Below, in pieces: positions 8,020 through 17,494 of a DNA stretch of 37,475 bases. Below the pieces are notes generated by a model. The model saw only the letters and a program-made list of their open reading frames with translations, was not told the origin of the DNA and ran no database searches. The position numbers and the translations under genes are program-made. Every line of letters begins with the position of its first letter. Positions within the stretch are counted from its first letter, which is position 1. The stretch comes from Hadesarchaea archaeon (GTDB lineage Archaea; Hadarchaeota; Hadarchaeia; Hadarchaeales; WYZ-LMO6). The stretch covers positions 1 through 37,475 of the forward strand of contig JAPDJF010000036.1 in NCBI GenBank assembly GCA_029259185.1, written 5' to 3'.

Positions 8020-8880
8020 CTAAACGTAAAGTGCAGATTCCATGAGATTTCTTGGGTCAAGCATCTTCTTGATCTTCCGTTGCCATCGGTGGTAATTACT
8101 GACAAGAGGACCGAATTTGGAATGCGCTCCCGGAACCTCGAAGAGACCGAAGCCGAGTCCAAGGGGTTCTTCGACGCTCACCCTCGCACACTCCTCAAAG
8201 AAATGAGGCATCTCCTCGAGATGCTTCCGGTTGCGAGGATTGTACAACACCAACTCTTCGTGATGAAGGAGAAGACCGTCCGACTCGTAAAGTCCACCCC
8301 ATATGTTGTCAGCGAGATCATCGTACATCACGCCCTTCTCGATATATTTTTGTTTTATCTTTGCCCCGATCTCAGCTTGGCGCACCCAACATCGATCGTC
8401 TCATCACAGCCGAACGTCATCGTGAAGGTTCCCCCAAACCTGAATATGGCTGGGGGGAAGGATGCCCTGATGAGGCCCCACCACAGCGAAGCTGGATGCA
8501 GGATTTCTTTGAGTTCCGAGGGTACTTTTATTTCCCCCATCGACTCGATGAGTTCACCTATTACCTCATAGACCCCACCCGGGATCTCGCTCAAATCCAC
8601 ACACATCGAAGCCTCCGTTTCGTCCATGATCTTCGCTAGGACCTTCTGCTGGTATGCGAGCTCCCTATACGAATTGGCCGCCAAGACGAGCTGGAACATG
8701 TGCTGCATAGCCTTGAGACCCTCCCGCGTGATGGGAGCATCGGGCAATCGTCTTAGAATCTCGGGCGCGAAGCAGGCCAGTATCAATCCTATCGCGTTCT
8801 TACCGTGTACGTATCCTATTTCGGAATCCGCGATCTTATACATCGCCTCTCCGTATTTCTCAAAACTGGGGTGCTCCTCC
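8020..8880 (-). pseudogene. Truncated, frameshifted C-terminal half of a FAD-linked oxidase (GlcD/VAO-like)
   Basis: ORFs 8355..8843 and 8020..8385 join by a frameshift near 8385 and end in WQRKIKKMLDPRNL, a typical FAD-oxidase C-terminus. The FAD-binding N-terminal half is absent. Confidence 0.6.
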
Positions 8881-8998
8881 GCGCATAAAAGCTTGTTCGG
8901 GCCGGGCGACTCCCTTTCATCACTTGACCCATTTGACTTTTATGAACTGGACGAACACAATAAACTATGTAACTCTATCAATCAACTCATTGGGGGAA

Positions 8999-10570
8999 AT
9001 GATGGACATCGACCCAACAGCCCAGGATTTAGATGTGCACGAAGTCAAGACCCTACTCGCCTTGAAAGGGGGTGAACGAGCACCGGTGAAGAAGATAGAG
9101 GAGTCCACCGGACTAGACCACTCCGCCGTCATGCGAGCCGCGCTGAGACTGAGTCAGAGGGGACTGATCAAGATCGAAGAATCCGAGGCCCTGACCATCA
9201 GGCTCACTCCGGAGGGCGAGGCGGACTCCACGAAGGGACTGCCCGAACGTAGGATGCTCAGAATTCTGGCCGAGAGGGGAGAATGCTCTCTGGACGAACT
9301 TCAAAAGGTGGCTCAGATGTCACCCGGGGAGGTCAGGATCGCTCTGGGCTGGCTCAGACGCAAGGAATGGGCGGAGATCTTGAGGGAGGGAAACCGGGTT
9401 TTCTTGAAGATAACGGAGAAGGGGAAGGTGAACCTTCATGAAGAATCCGACGATGAAAAATTGCTCAAAACGGTCTCCAAATGGGGGGAGGCCGAAGTGA
9501 GGAAACTCCCCCAAGACCTCAGGTCTGAGGTAGGGACGCTCAAGCGGAGGGGACTCGTCGAAGTAGTTGAGCGGGTGGAGCGAAGCCTCATCCTCACCGA
9601 TCTAGGAAAAAGAGTACTTGAGGCGGGTGTAACACCCACGGAGGAAATCAGCGAACTCACCCACGAGCTGCTCGTTACCGGGAGGTGGAAGAACACCAAA
9701 TTCAAACGTTATGACCTCTCCCTTGGAGTTCCCCCCATCTACCCGGCTAAGATCCACCCCCACCAGAAGGTCATAGAGGAGATCCGAGACGTGCTCATCG
9801 GGATGGGTTTCGTCGAGATAAAAAGCAGGATAGTCGAATCTGAGTTCTGGAACTTTGACATCCTCTTTCAAGCCCAAGATCATCCCGCGAGAGAAGTCCA
9901 TAGCAATCTCTCCCTTTCCAAACCCGCTCGGACGAAGTTGCCCTCACCCGAACTCGTGAGACGTGTGGCCAAGGCCCATGAAAAAGGTGTGGCGGGATCC
10001 ACAGGGTGGGGATACAAGTTCAGTACCGAAATCAGCCGAAAGCCCGTTCTTTGCTCACAAACTACGGTAGCCACCGTCCGATACCTAACCTCCCGCCCGA
10101 AGCCACCCGTAAAGATATTCTGCATCGATCGGGTTTACCGTCACGAAAAGATAGACTACAAACACCTAGCGGAGTTTTATCAGTGTGAAGGGATAGTCAT
10201 GGATCGCGGGCTGACCCTCCGGAACATGCTGGGGTATCTCAGGCAAATCGTCACTAACCTCGGATTCGAAAAGATGAGATTCAGACCGGGTTTTTTCCCT
10301 TTCACCGAACCCTCGGTCGAGGCTGACGTATTCAACGAGGAAAGGAGGGAGTGGATAGAAATACTGGGGGCCGGCCTCTTCAGACCCGAGCTGCTCCGCC
10401 CCATTGGCATAAGATATCCGGTGCTAGCATGGGGCATCGGCTTATCTAGGCTTGTTATGATGCGACTCGGGCTCGATGATATCAGGGATATATTCTCAAA
10501 CGATCTCGAGTGGCTGGCGAGTTCGAGATACCCACCGACCCACGCGCCCGAGCCTCTGGGGGTGGAATGA
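8999..10570 (+). CDS. pheS: Phenylalanine--tRNA ligase alpha subunit (archaeal type)
   Basis: N-terminal wHTH extension, FWNFDILFQAQDHPARE, HLAEFYQCEG, FFPFTEPS, GAGLFRPE, AWGIG. ATG 8999 follows a GGGGG RBS. Confidence 0.97.
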   Translation: MMDIDPTAQDLDVHEVKTLLALKGGERAPVKKIEESTGLDHSAVMRAALRLSQRGLIKIEESEALTIRLTPEGEADSTKGLPERRMLRILAERGECSLDELQKVAQMSPGEVRIALGWLRRKEWAEILREGNRVFLKITEKGKVNLHEESDDEKLLKTVSKWGEAEVRKLPQDLRSEVGTLKRRGLVEVVERVERSLILTDLGKRVLEAGVTPTEEISELTHELLVTGRWKNTKFKRYDLSLGVPPIYPAKIHPHQKVIEEIRDVLIGMGFVEIKSRIVESEFWNFDILFQAQDHPAREVHSNLSLSKPARTKLPSPELVRRVAKAHEKGVAGSTGWGYKFSTEISRKPVLCSQTTVATVRYLTSRPKPPVKIFCIDRVYRHEKIDYKHLAEFYQCEGIVMDRGLTLRNMLGYLRQIVTNLGFEKMRFRPGFFPFTEPSVEADVFNEERREWIEILGAGLFRPELLRPIGIRYPVLAWGIGLSRLVMMRLGLDDIRDIFSNDLEWLASSRYPPTHAPEPLGVE

Positions 10571-12214
10571 ATGCCGACCATCACCGTGAGTTATTCGGAT
10601 ATATGCAGTATGCTCGGAAGGGAGTTCGACAGCACATACCTCTGTGAGCGCTTGAACATGATGGGCATAGAAACGGAGGTTATCGGTGACGAACTCAAGC
10701 TAGAGATCCTACACAACCGACCCGACTTGCTCAGCCCGGAGGGAGTGGTGAGAGCGCTCAAAGGTTTTTTAGGTATAGAGACCGGGCTCCCCAAATACCG
10801 CGCGACTCCTTCGGGGATAACTTTGAGGGTGGATAAAAGCGTGAAATCCGTAAGACCATTCATTTCCGCCGGGGTGGTCACAGGGGTAAAACTCACGGAT
10901 GAGATAGTCGCTTCCCTCATGCAAGTTCAAGAAAAGCTCCACGCGTCGCTCTGTCGAAACAGGCGCAAAGGGTCCATAGGAGTGTATGATTTGGATACGA
11001 TCGAACCACCAATCCGGTACACCACGGTTTCTCCCGAGGAGATCTCTTTCACCCCCCTAGATTTCGGTCGGACACTCACCCCTGCACAGATCTTGCGAGA
11101 GCACCCTAAGGGCATCGAATACGGGTGGATCATGGAAGGATGGAACCGCTACCCGATACTGATGGATGAAAAGGGAAGGGTTCTATCCATGCCCCCCATC
11201 ATCAACAGCGAGGAGACAAGGGTCACGGAAAAGACCGAGCGGTTGTTCATCGATGTAACGGGGGAAGACGAGCGGTTGGTGAACTGGACGCTTGTAATCC
11301 TCATGACGAGTCTCTCGGAAAGGGGCTTCCGGTTACACACCGTTTCGGTGGAATATCCAAACAAACGCATAGAAACACCATCCCTCCGCCCCAAGCGATA
11401 CTCCTTGAATGTGAAGGTCACGAACGAACTCCTAGGTCTGAACCTGAAGCCGAGTAAAATTGCTGAGATCTTGAAAACTATGCGCTACGGAGTTGCGGGC
11501 TCTCGGAAAGATAGCTTAACTTTGCTCGCTCCGCCGTACAGGGGTGATATCCTGCATCAGGTTGACTTGATCGAGGATGTGGGAATAGGGTACGGGTATG
11601 ACAAACTCACCCCCGTGGCTGGCAAAGTTTTCACGATCGGAAAGAAAGCACCTATAGAAAGTCTCGCCGACCGGGTGCGTGAGATCATGATCGGATTGGG
11701 ATTCACGGAAGTTATGACGTACACCCTCACAAACCCACACGTCAACTTCGAGTTGATGCGAACGACCGGTGATGCTGTCGAAATATCCAATCCCGTGTCC
11801 GAGGACTACACGATCGTTCGGACATGGCTCCTCCCTTCTCTGCTCTCTGTCCTCCGATCGAACAAGCGAAATCCTTTACCCCAGCAGATATTCGAAGTCG
11901 GGGATGTGGTGCTCCTGGACGACCGAACCGAAACCGGAGCCGTGAACGTCAGAAGGGTAGCAGCTGTTGCAATAGGGAGTCGGGCAAACTGGACGTACAT
12001 CAAGGCTGTAGCGGATGCCCTCTTGAGAGAGCTCGACATCGCGGCTGAGGTCAGGGGTACGGACCATCCGAGTTTTCTGGGGGGAAGGGTGGCCGAATTC
12101 ATTTTTCGTGGACGGAGATTGGGTGTGGCCGGAGAAGTCCATCCCGAGGTGATTCTGGGCTTCGAACTTGAACATCCAGTGGTCGCTCTGGAATTCGACC
12201 TTATTTCCGGCTGA
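10571..12214 (+). CDS. pheT: Phenylalanine--tRNA ligase beta subunit
   Basis: NRPDLLSPEG, SMPPIINS, R.DILHQVDLIEDV.IGYGY, GEVHP; abuts pheS. Confidence 0.97.
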   Translation: MPTITVSYSDICSMLGREFDSTYLCERLNMMGIETEVIGDELKLEILHNRPDLLSPEGVVRALKGFLGIETGLPKYRATPSGITLRVDKSVKSVRPFISAGVVTGVKLTDEIVASLMQVQEKLHASLCRNRRKGSIGVYDLDTIEPPIRYTTVSPEEISFTPLDFGRTLTPAQILREHPKGIEYGWIMEGWNRYPILMDEKGRVLSMPPIINSEETRVTEKTERLFIDVTGEDERLVNWTLVILMTSLSERGFRLHTVSVEYPNKRIETPSLRPKRYSLNVKVTNELLGLNLKPSKIAEILKTMRYGVAGSRKDSLTLLAPPYRGDILHQVDLIEDVGIGYGYDKLTPVAGKVFTIGKKAPIESLADRVREIMIGLGFTEVMTYTLTNPHVNFELMRTTGDAVEISNPVSEDYTIVRTWLLPSLLSVLRSNKRNPLPQQIFEVGDVVLLDDRTETGAVNVRRVAAVAIGSRANWTYIKAVADALLRELDIAAEVRGTDHPSFLGGRVAEFIFRGRRLGVAGEVHPEVILGFELEHPVVALEFDLISG

Positions 12215-12216
12215 GA

Positions 12217-12250
12217 TGGGAGCGATCGGACACCACTCGCAACGCTCCCA
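12217..12250 (+). terminator. Hairpin just downstream of pheT
   Basis: 8-bp stem TGGGAGCG/CGCTCCCA; function (terminator or 3' stabiliser) uncertain. Confidence 0.35.
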
Positions 12251-12287
12251 GATAGGAAAAACTATATCGAGAGAATAAAATAATATC

Positions 12288-12566
12288 AATCGCAATGAGG
12301 GAACATCCGCGGTCGAAAGGGCTGGCGGGATACGTGAACGCCGGTGCATCGCCGCGGGCACACCGGAGCATCTGCCGGGACAATCCGTGCCACTAGGGTC
12401 CTCCTGAGAGCGACTGGCGGGAACACCTAGCGATGATCTGTGGGCCAACCCTGGTGCGGAACACCGGCAGGTGGCCTCGGGATCCCACCACGAGGGTTAG
12501 CAGGTGGAGGACGTCGAAAGACAGTCGAGGAAACCTGTGGTTAGTGTGTTGGGATCCTGGGGTCTA
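12288..12566 (+). ncRNA. GC-rich structured ncRNA candidate, family unassigned
   Basis: Non-coding, GC-rich island preceded by a BRE/TATA-like GAAAAACTATAT (12256-12267). Multiple helices: CCGGTG/CACCGG, CTAGG/CCTAG, GGTG/CACC, AACCC/GGGTT, GTC-GAAA-GAC. Confidence 0.6.
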
Positions 12567-12610
12567 ATTCTCTAGGCTAGATTTATTGGGCGGAATGAGG
12601 AGAAAAGAAG

Positions 12611-14560
12611 ATGGACATCAAAACGAGAGGTCTACGAGCCCTGTGTGAAGTGTTTTTTTCAAAATCAGGAGGTTTGAAGTCCCCGATCGAACTGGAGGGA
12701 TTCGATACCGAGATCGAGGATTTCGTCGAAAGGGTGGCTAGAGGTTTTTTTCCATTCCTGCACCACCGTTTCCTTACCGCTCTCCTCATGCTCTTTTGTA
12801 TCGCCGTGGCGAAACTCCCGCGATCCGTGATCCAGAAGCTTAACGAGCGATCATATTTGGTACGCACTTTATTCAATACGATAAAACTCGTCACCGTGTT
12901 CCCTTACGCCGCCCGTGAGGAGATAAAAGAGACACTTGAAACCAAAATCGAAACCGGAAAGCCGAAAGTTCCAACTCCTGAGATGGTGAGAGAAAACATA
13001 ATCGAATTCGAAAAGATTGCTGAGCCCAAGGTTGAGATAGAATGCGACGTGTTGGTAATCGGCTCAGGGGCAGGGGGCGCGGTAGTCGCCAAGGAACTTG
13101 CGGAGAAGGGTTTGGACGTTGTAGTGGTGGAGAGGGGGTTCGAACACACGAGCGATGAATTCAACGGAGAAATGACCGACACGATGCCACTCTTATACAG
13201 GAAGGGAACCGGGTTGATCACGCTCCCCCTCCCTACCCCGAGTTTCTCCCTCAAACCGTGGGTGATGCTACCGGTAGGGGATTGTCTGGGTGGCACCACC
13301 GTGATCAACTCAAGCACGTGCTATCGCACGCCCGACTCCGTTCTTGAGAGGTGGACAGAACAGGGGTTAGAGGGGCTCACTCCCGATGACATGAAACCGT
13401 ACTTCGAGCGTGTGGAACGGACGATCTCCGTTCACAGGGTTTCTTTGGAACTCATGGGAGAAGCACACACCCGGATAGCCGAAGGCACCGAACGATTGGG
13501 ATACTCGGGAAGACCACTCGAGAAGAATGCCCTGTACTGCGATGCAACCGGGGTTTGCCAGTACGGATGTCCGATAGACGCGAAACAAGACATGCATGTC
13601 ACCTACATCCCCCTCGCCACCCAAGCGGGAGCAAAATTCTATACGGGATTCGAGGTTCAGCAAATCGAAACGTGTGGGGGGGAGGTGGTGAAGGTTGGGG
13701 GGGCGATACGCAACCGGAGAGGGGAAAGGATCGGAAAGTTCGTGGCGAGGGCTAGGATATTCGTGCTCGCAGCGGGGGCGATTTATACCCCCACCCTCCT
13801 GCTGATGAACCGAATAGCGAATTCGAGTGGAATGGTTGGGCAAAACCTCCGGATTCATCCGTGCTTGCTCGTTTCTGGGTTCTTCCCGGAAGCCGTCTAC
13901 GGATGGAGGGGGGTATCCCAATCATACGCGATCGAGGAATTCTTCGATGAGGGATTCATCATGGAAACGACGATGGTTCCACCCCGACTGGGAGCCCTAA
14001 CCTCCCAGCTACTCGGCGAGGAGTTCTGCAGAATCATGGAAGAGTGGAAGAAAGCGGGGGCGATAGGAGTTATGATAAACGATTCTGATTCGATCGGCAG
14101 GGTTCTCCCCCTCTCTCCTTTCCCCTATGCTCTACCCAAGCTGGAGGTTGAGGCCCTAGTCCTCTACAGACTCGGAGAACGTGACAAGAGGGTCGCCGTG
14201 AAGGGGGTGGCAGAAGCATGCAGAGTCCTGCTGGCCGCGGGAGCCACGAAGGTCTGCACTGGGCTTGTGAGGAAACCATGGGTGAGAGGAGAAAAAGACA
14301 TACAAGAGATCCTAAGTGTGGAGAGGAAGATCAAAGCCAACGAATTCATATGGTCCGCTTACCATCCCCAGTGTACATGCCGGATGAGTGTGAGCCCAAA
14401 GCACGGGGTCGTTGACTCCTACGGTCAAACCCACGATTTGGAGAATCTATTCATAGCCGATGCCAGCATTTTCCCCGAATGTGTGAGAGTTAACCCCCAG
14501 ATATCGATCATGGCCTTCGCAAACAGGTGTGCGGATCACATCTGGGAAACGAGGTTTTGA
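12611..14560 (+). CDS. GMC family oxidoreductase (long-chain alcohol oxidase-like)
   Basis: VIGSGAGG dinucleotide motif, LGGTTVINS, CxxxGxCxxGC, LAAGAIYTP, AYHPQCTCRM, IADASIFP...NPQISIMA. Confidence 0.9.
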   Translation: MDIKTRGLRALCEVFFSKSGGLKSPIELEGFDTEIEDFVERVARGFFPFLHHRFLTALLMLFCIAVAKLPRSVIQKLNERSYLVRTLFNTIKLVTVFPYAAREEIKETLETKIETGKPKVPTPEMVRENIIEFEKIAEPKVEIECDVLVIGSGAGGAVVAKELAEKGLDVVVVERGFEHTSDEFNGEMTDTMPLLYRKGTGLITLPLPTPSFSLKPWVMLPVGDCLGGTTVINSSTCYRTPDSVLERWTEQGLEGLTPDDMKPYFERVERTISVHRVSLELMGEAHTRIAEGTERLGYSGRPLEKNALYCDATGVCQYGCPIDAKQDMHVTYIPLATQAGAKFYTGFEVQQIETCGGEVVKVGGAIRNRRGERIGKFVARARIFVLAAGAIYTPTLLLMNRIANSSGMVGQNLRIHPCLLVSGFFPEAVYGWRGVSQSYAIEEFFDEGFIMETTMVPPRLGALTSQLLGEEFCRIMEEWKKAGAIGVMINDSDSIGRVLPLSPFPYALPKLEVEALVLYRLGERDKRVAVKGVAEACRVLLAAGATKVCTGLVRKPWVRGEKDIQEILSVERKIKANEFIWSAYHPQCTCRMSVSPKHGVVDSYGQTHDLENLFIADASIFPECVRVNPQISIMAFANRCADHIWETRF

Positions 14561-14561
14561 G

Positions 14562-15707
14562 ATGGATTTTGAGCTCACCGAAGAGCAGAAAGCCATCCAA
14601 AAGCTGGCGAGGGAATTCGCGAAAAGGGAGTTTCCGGATCTGAAAGCCGAACTGGGAGAAGGAGAATTTCCCACCAAAACTTGGAAAATGGCGTGCGAAC
14701 TCGGACTCGTGGGAGCTAGGATCCCATCCAGACACGGGGGAGCTGGAGTGGACGTGCAAACGAGTCTTCTGATCGAGGAAGAATTCTTCAGGATAAACCC
14801 AAGGCTCGCAGAAGCCATTACCTTCGCGACCTTCGGTAGTGATCTGATCCGGATGTTCGGAACCGAGGAGCAGGGGGAGAAGTACCTCCGGCCACTCGTG
14901 GAGGGGAAAGCTAGGATGAGCAGTGCGCTGGAACCCGAAGGTGGAAAACCGAAGGAGTTAAGACTGAAAGCTAGACGAGAAAGAGGGGGCTGGGTGATCG
15001 ATGGGGTGGTGGGTATTCCCGCTGGACCACTTCCCGATTTCATTATTGTCCTCTGCACCGCCGATGAACTCAAAAACAAAACATCGGTTATGGTAGTCGA
15101 GACCTCGGGCGGTGGAATAAAGCTTGTAGGGAAAGATCATGGAAAAGAGGGGTTAGCGAAACTCTCGTTCATCAACGTTGAGGTCGATGAGAGAAATTTG
15201 GTAGGGAAAGAGGGCGAAGGTACCAAACTGGCGAGTGAATTTCTGATCCTCTCAAAGATAGACAACGCCGCTCAAGCTTTGGGTATAGCTGAGGGAGCAT
15301 TCGAAAGGGCAACTAGGTACATCCATGAGAGAGAGGGAGTGGGAAAACCCACATGGGGATACTCGGGGACCTCCCGCAAATTAGCGGAGATAAAAACTGA
15401 GATCGAAACGGCTCGACTGTTAACACGAAAGGCGGCCTGGCTGGCGGACAGGGGGGAGATGAATCCCGTGCTGGCGAGCATGGCAGAGTGGAAGGCGGGA
15501 AAAGTGGCAGTCATGTCCGCAGAGGAAGCCACACTCCTCCACGAGGGAACTTGGGGATACATCCAAGACTACCGTGTCGAGCGGTTTAGAAAAAGTGCGG
15601 GCGTAACTCTGAGGTTTCCACATGCCCTATCGAGAACTCGCCTCACCGCTTTTGACCTCCTCCCAGATGGATTAGAAGATGTGGAAAAATGGGTCAGAGA
15701 GAGTTAA
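14562..15707 (+). CDS. Acyl-CoA dehydrogenase-like protein with degenerate catalytic motifs
   Basis: MDFELTEEQ start and ACAD layout, but TEPxxGSD, NGxKxFIT and the C-terminal IxEGT motif are all altered. Confidence 0.8.
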   Translation: MDFELTEEQKAIQKLAREFAKREFPDLKAELGEGEFPTKTWKMACELGLVGARIPSRHGGAGVDVQTSLLIEEEFFRINPRLAEAITFATFGSDLIRMFGTEEQGEKYLRPLVEGKARMSSALEPEGGKPKELRLKARRERGGWVIDGVVGIPAGPLPDFIIVLCTADELKNKTSVMVVETSGGGIKLVGKDHGKEGLAKLSFINVEVDERNLVGKEGEGTKLASEFLILSKIDNAAQALGIAEGAFERATRYIHEREGVGKPTWGYSGTSRKLAEIKTEIETARLLTRKAAWLADRGEMNPVLASMAEWKAGKVAVMSAEEATLLHEGTWGYIQDYRVERFRKSAGVTLRFPHALSRTRLTAFDLLPDGLEDVEKWVRES

Positions 15708-16087
15708 GTACCAAGAGGGGTTTTAAAGATTTTGTTTCCCACCAGGAGGCCTAACCAGAGGTAGATGGGGTAAACCACGAACATGAAAATACAAACGAAC
15801 ATAAGTTCGGGAGAAAGGGTAGAGAAGGTGGCACCAGCCTCCACCACGTTCAGAATTCCTCCGTTGAGCATCCATTCCGTACCACTTTCAGCTCCACATA
15901 CCTCCCAAGCGCTTCGTGCTATCTCCAAGTTACAGAACATACTTATCGAAACCACCCAGAACAGCACCATCACCGCTACCGATACGATGGGGATGAAACG
16001 GGTGCTGTTGAAGAACAATTTCTTTTTCACCAGAACTATCGCCATCCCGGAGAGAAACAACAACAGGGGATCCATCCAGAAAGCCAT
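15704..16087 (-). CDS. Small integral membrane protein
   Basis: Three hydrophobic segments, 127 aa. Confidence 0.75.
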   Translation of the reverse strand: MAFWMDPLLLFLSGMAIVLVKKKLFFNSTRFIPIVSVAVMVLFWVVSISMFCNLEIARSAWEVCGAESGTEWMLNGGILNVVEAGATFSTLSPELMFVCIFMFVVYPIYLWLGLLVGNKIFKTPLGT

Positions 16088-16234
16088 GTACGCCCCTTTA
16101 CCTTTCGTTCCACCGACTAAAAGCTTTTAGAAACCCCACTTAGATTTAGCAGCGTCTTTCCCCGCAGGCTGAATGCACACGGGAGCTTAAATCATTTATT
16201 TTCGATTGCCATTATTCCTATCGGGTTTGAATAA

Positions 16235-17494
16235 TTGAGGAGTGAAATCCTCGTCTTGGGTGGGGGTCCAGCTGGTTTGGCTGCGGCCATAGGTGCCCGT
16301 CGCAGCGGTGCTGAAGTCAGGCTGGTCGAGCGATATGGATTCTTGGGGGGCACCGCTACCTCCGGCATATACGGATCACTCTGTGGTTTCTACACATCTG
16401 GACCCCAGCAGATCCAAGTGGTAAAGGGTATCGCGGACGAAATGCTCCAGCTTCTCCGCTCGAGGGATTCCCTCCTAGGACCGGTTCGTTCCGATCCGAT
16501 GGTTGTTCTGCTGTATGATCACCAGACCCTCAAGTTGGTCCTAGATCACATGGTATTGGATGCTGGAGTCGAGCTGATGCTCCACTCCACCGTTACCGGA
16601 GTGAAAAGGGAAGGCGAGGAGATCAAATCCGTAGTAGTGAGCACCAAATCCGGACCCATTGAACTCGAAGGAGAAATCTTCGTGGATGCCACAGGAGATG
16701 CGGACGTCACTGCATTGGCCAACGTGCCCTACGAAAAGGATGTTAACACGATGCAACCGGGGTCGATGATGTTCAAGATCTCAAACGTGGAGACTGAAGA
16801 GGTGATCCCCCTCATCCTCTCAGGCGAACTTCGAGAGCTGATCAAAGAAGCGAACGACTCAAAGGAATACAAAATCCCAAGAGAGGATGGAAATTTGATC
16901 CCCCTACCTCACCAAGGGGAGTTCGTGGTGGGATTCTCGAGGGTATCTGTGGATGGAACTGACGTTTACTCCCTGACCAAGGCAGAACTCGAGGGGCGTC
17001 GCCAAGTGGAGGAGTGCCTGCGATTCTTGAAGGAACGCGTCCCAGGATTCAAAAACGCATACATCTCGGAAATCGCTCTTCAGGTAGGGATAAGAGAGAG
17101 CCGACGGGTGAGGGGGGAATACGTGCTGACTGAGAAAGACGTCCTGTCAGGGGCTAAATTCGACGATGCCGTCGCTTGTTGTGCGTGGCCGATCGAGAGA
17201 CACTTGAGGGACACCAGAAGCACGGACATCCGAACTCTTGAGGGAGACGAATGGTACCAGATACCCTACCGATGCTGTCTTCCCCTAGGAGTGAAAAATC
17301 TACTCGTAGCTGGAAGATGCATCTCAACCACACCAGAAGCACAGGCTTCGACACGGGTTATAGCTCCAAGCATGGCGGTGGGTGAAGCATGTGGAATAGC
17401 AGCGGCGATGTGTGTGAGGGAAAAGCTCTCCCCCCGCGAACTGAATGTCCAAGAACTCCAAAAGGAATTGAGGGACCGGGGAGCCTTTTTGTGA
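16235..17494 (+). CDS. FAD-dependent oxidoreductase (FAD_oxidored/HdrA-related family)
   Basis: VLGGGPAG, ERYGFLGG, FVDATGDAD, GIRESRR..GEY, YQIPYRC, LLVAGRCIS; TTG start. Confidence 0.9.
   Translation: MRSEILVLGGGPAGLAAAIGARRSGAEVRLVERYGFLGGTATSGIYGSLCGFYTSGPQQIQVVKGIADEMLQLLRSRDSLLGPVRSDPMVVLLYDHQTLKLVLDHMVLDAGVELMLHSTVTGVKREGEEIKSVVVSTKSGPIELEGEIFVDATGDADVTALANVPYEKDVNTMQPGSMMFKISNVETEEVIPLILSGELRELIKEANDSKEYKIPREDGNLIPLPHQGEFVVGFSRVSVDGTDVYSLTKAELEGRRQVEECLRFLKERVPGFKNAYISEIALQVGIRESRRVRGEYVLTEKDVLSGAKFDDAVACCAWPIERHLRDTRSTDIRTLEGDEWYQIPYRCCLPLGVKNLLVAGRCISTTPEAQASTRVIAPSMAVGEACGIAAAMCVREKLSPRELNVQELQKELRDRGAFL

Noticed and set aside
8002-8571. 189-aa plus-strand ORF after thiL
   Set aside because: It is the antisense shadow of the FAD-oxidase relic and has no recognisable motifs.
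12288-12566. Assignment as RNase P RNA, SRP RNA, tRNA or hammerhead ribozyme
   Set aside because: Canonical conserved boxes were not found on either strand, only partial look-alikes (GAGGGAACATCC, CTGAGAG, GAAA). Left unassigned.
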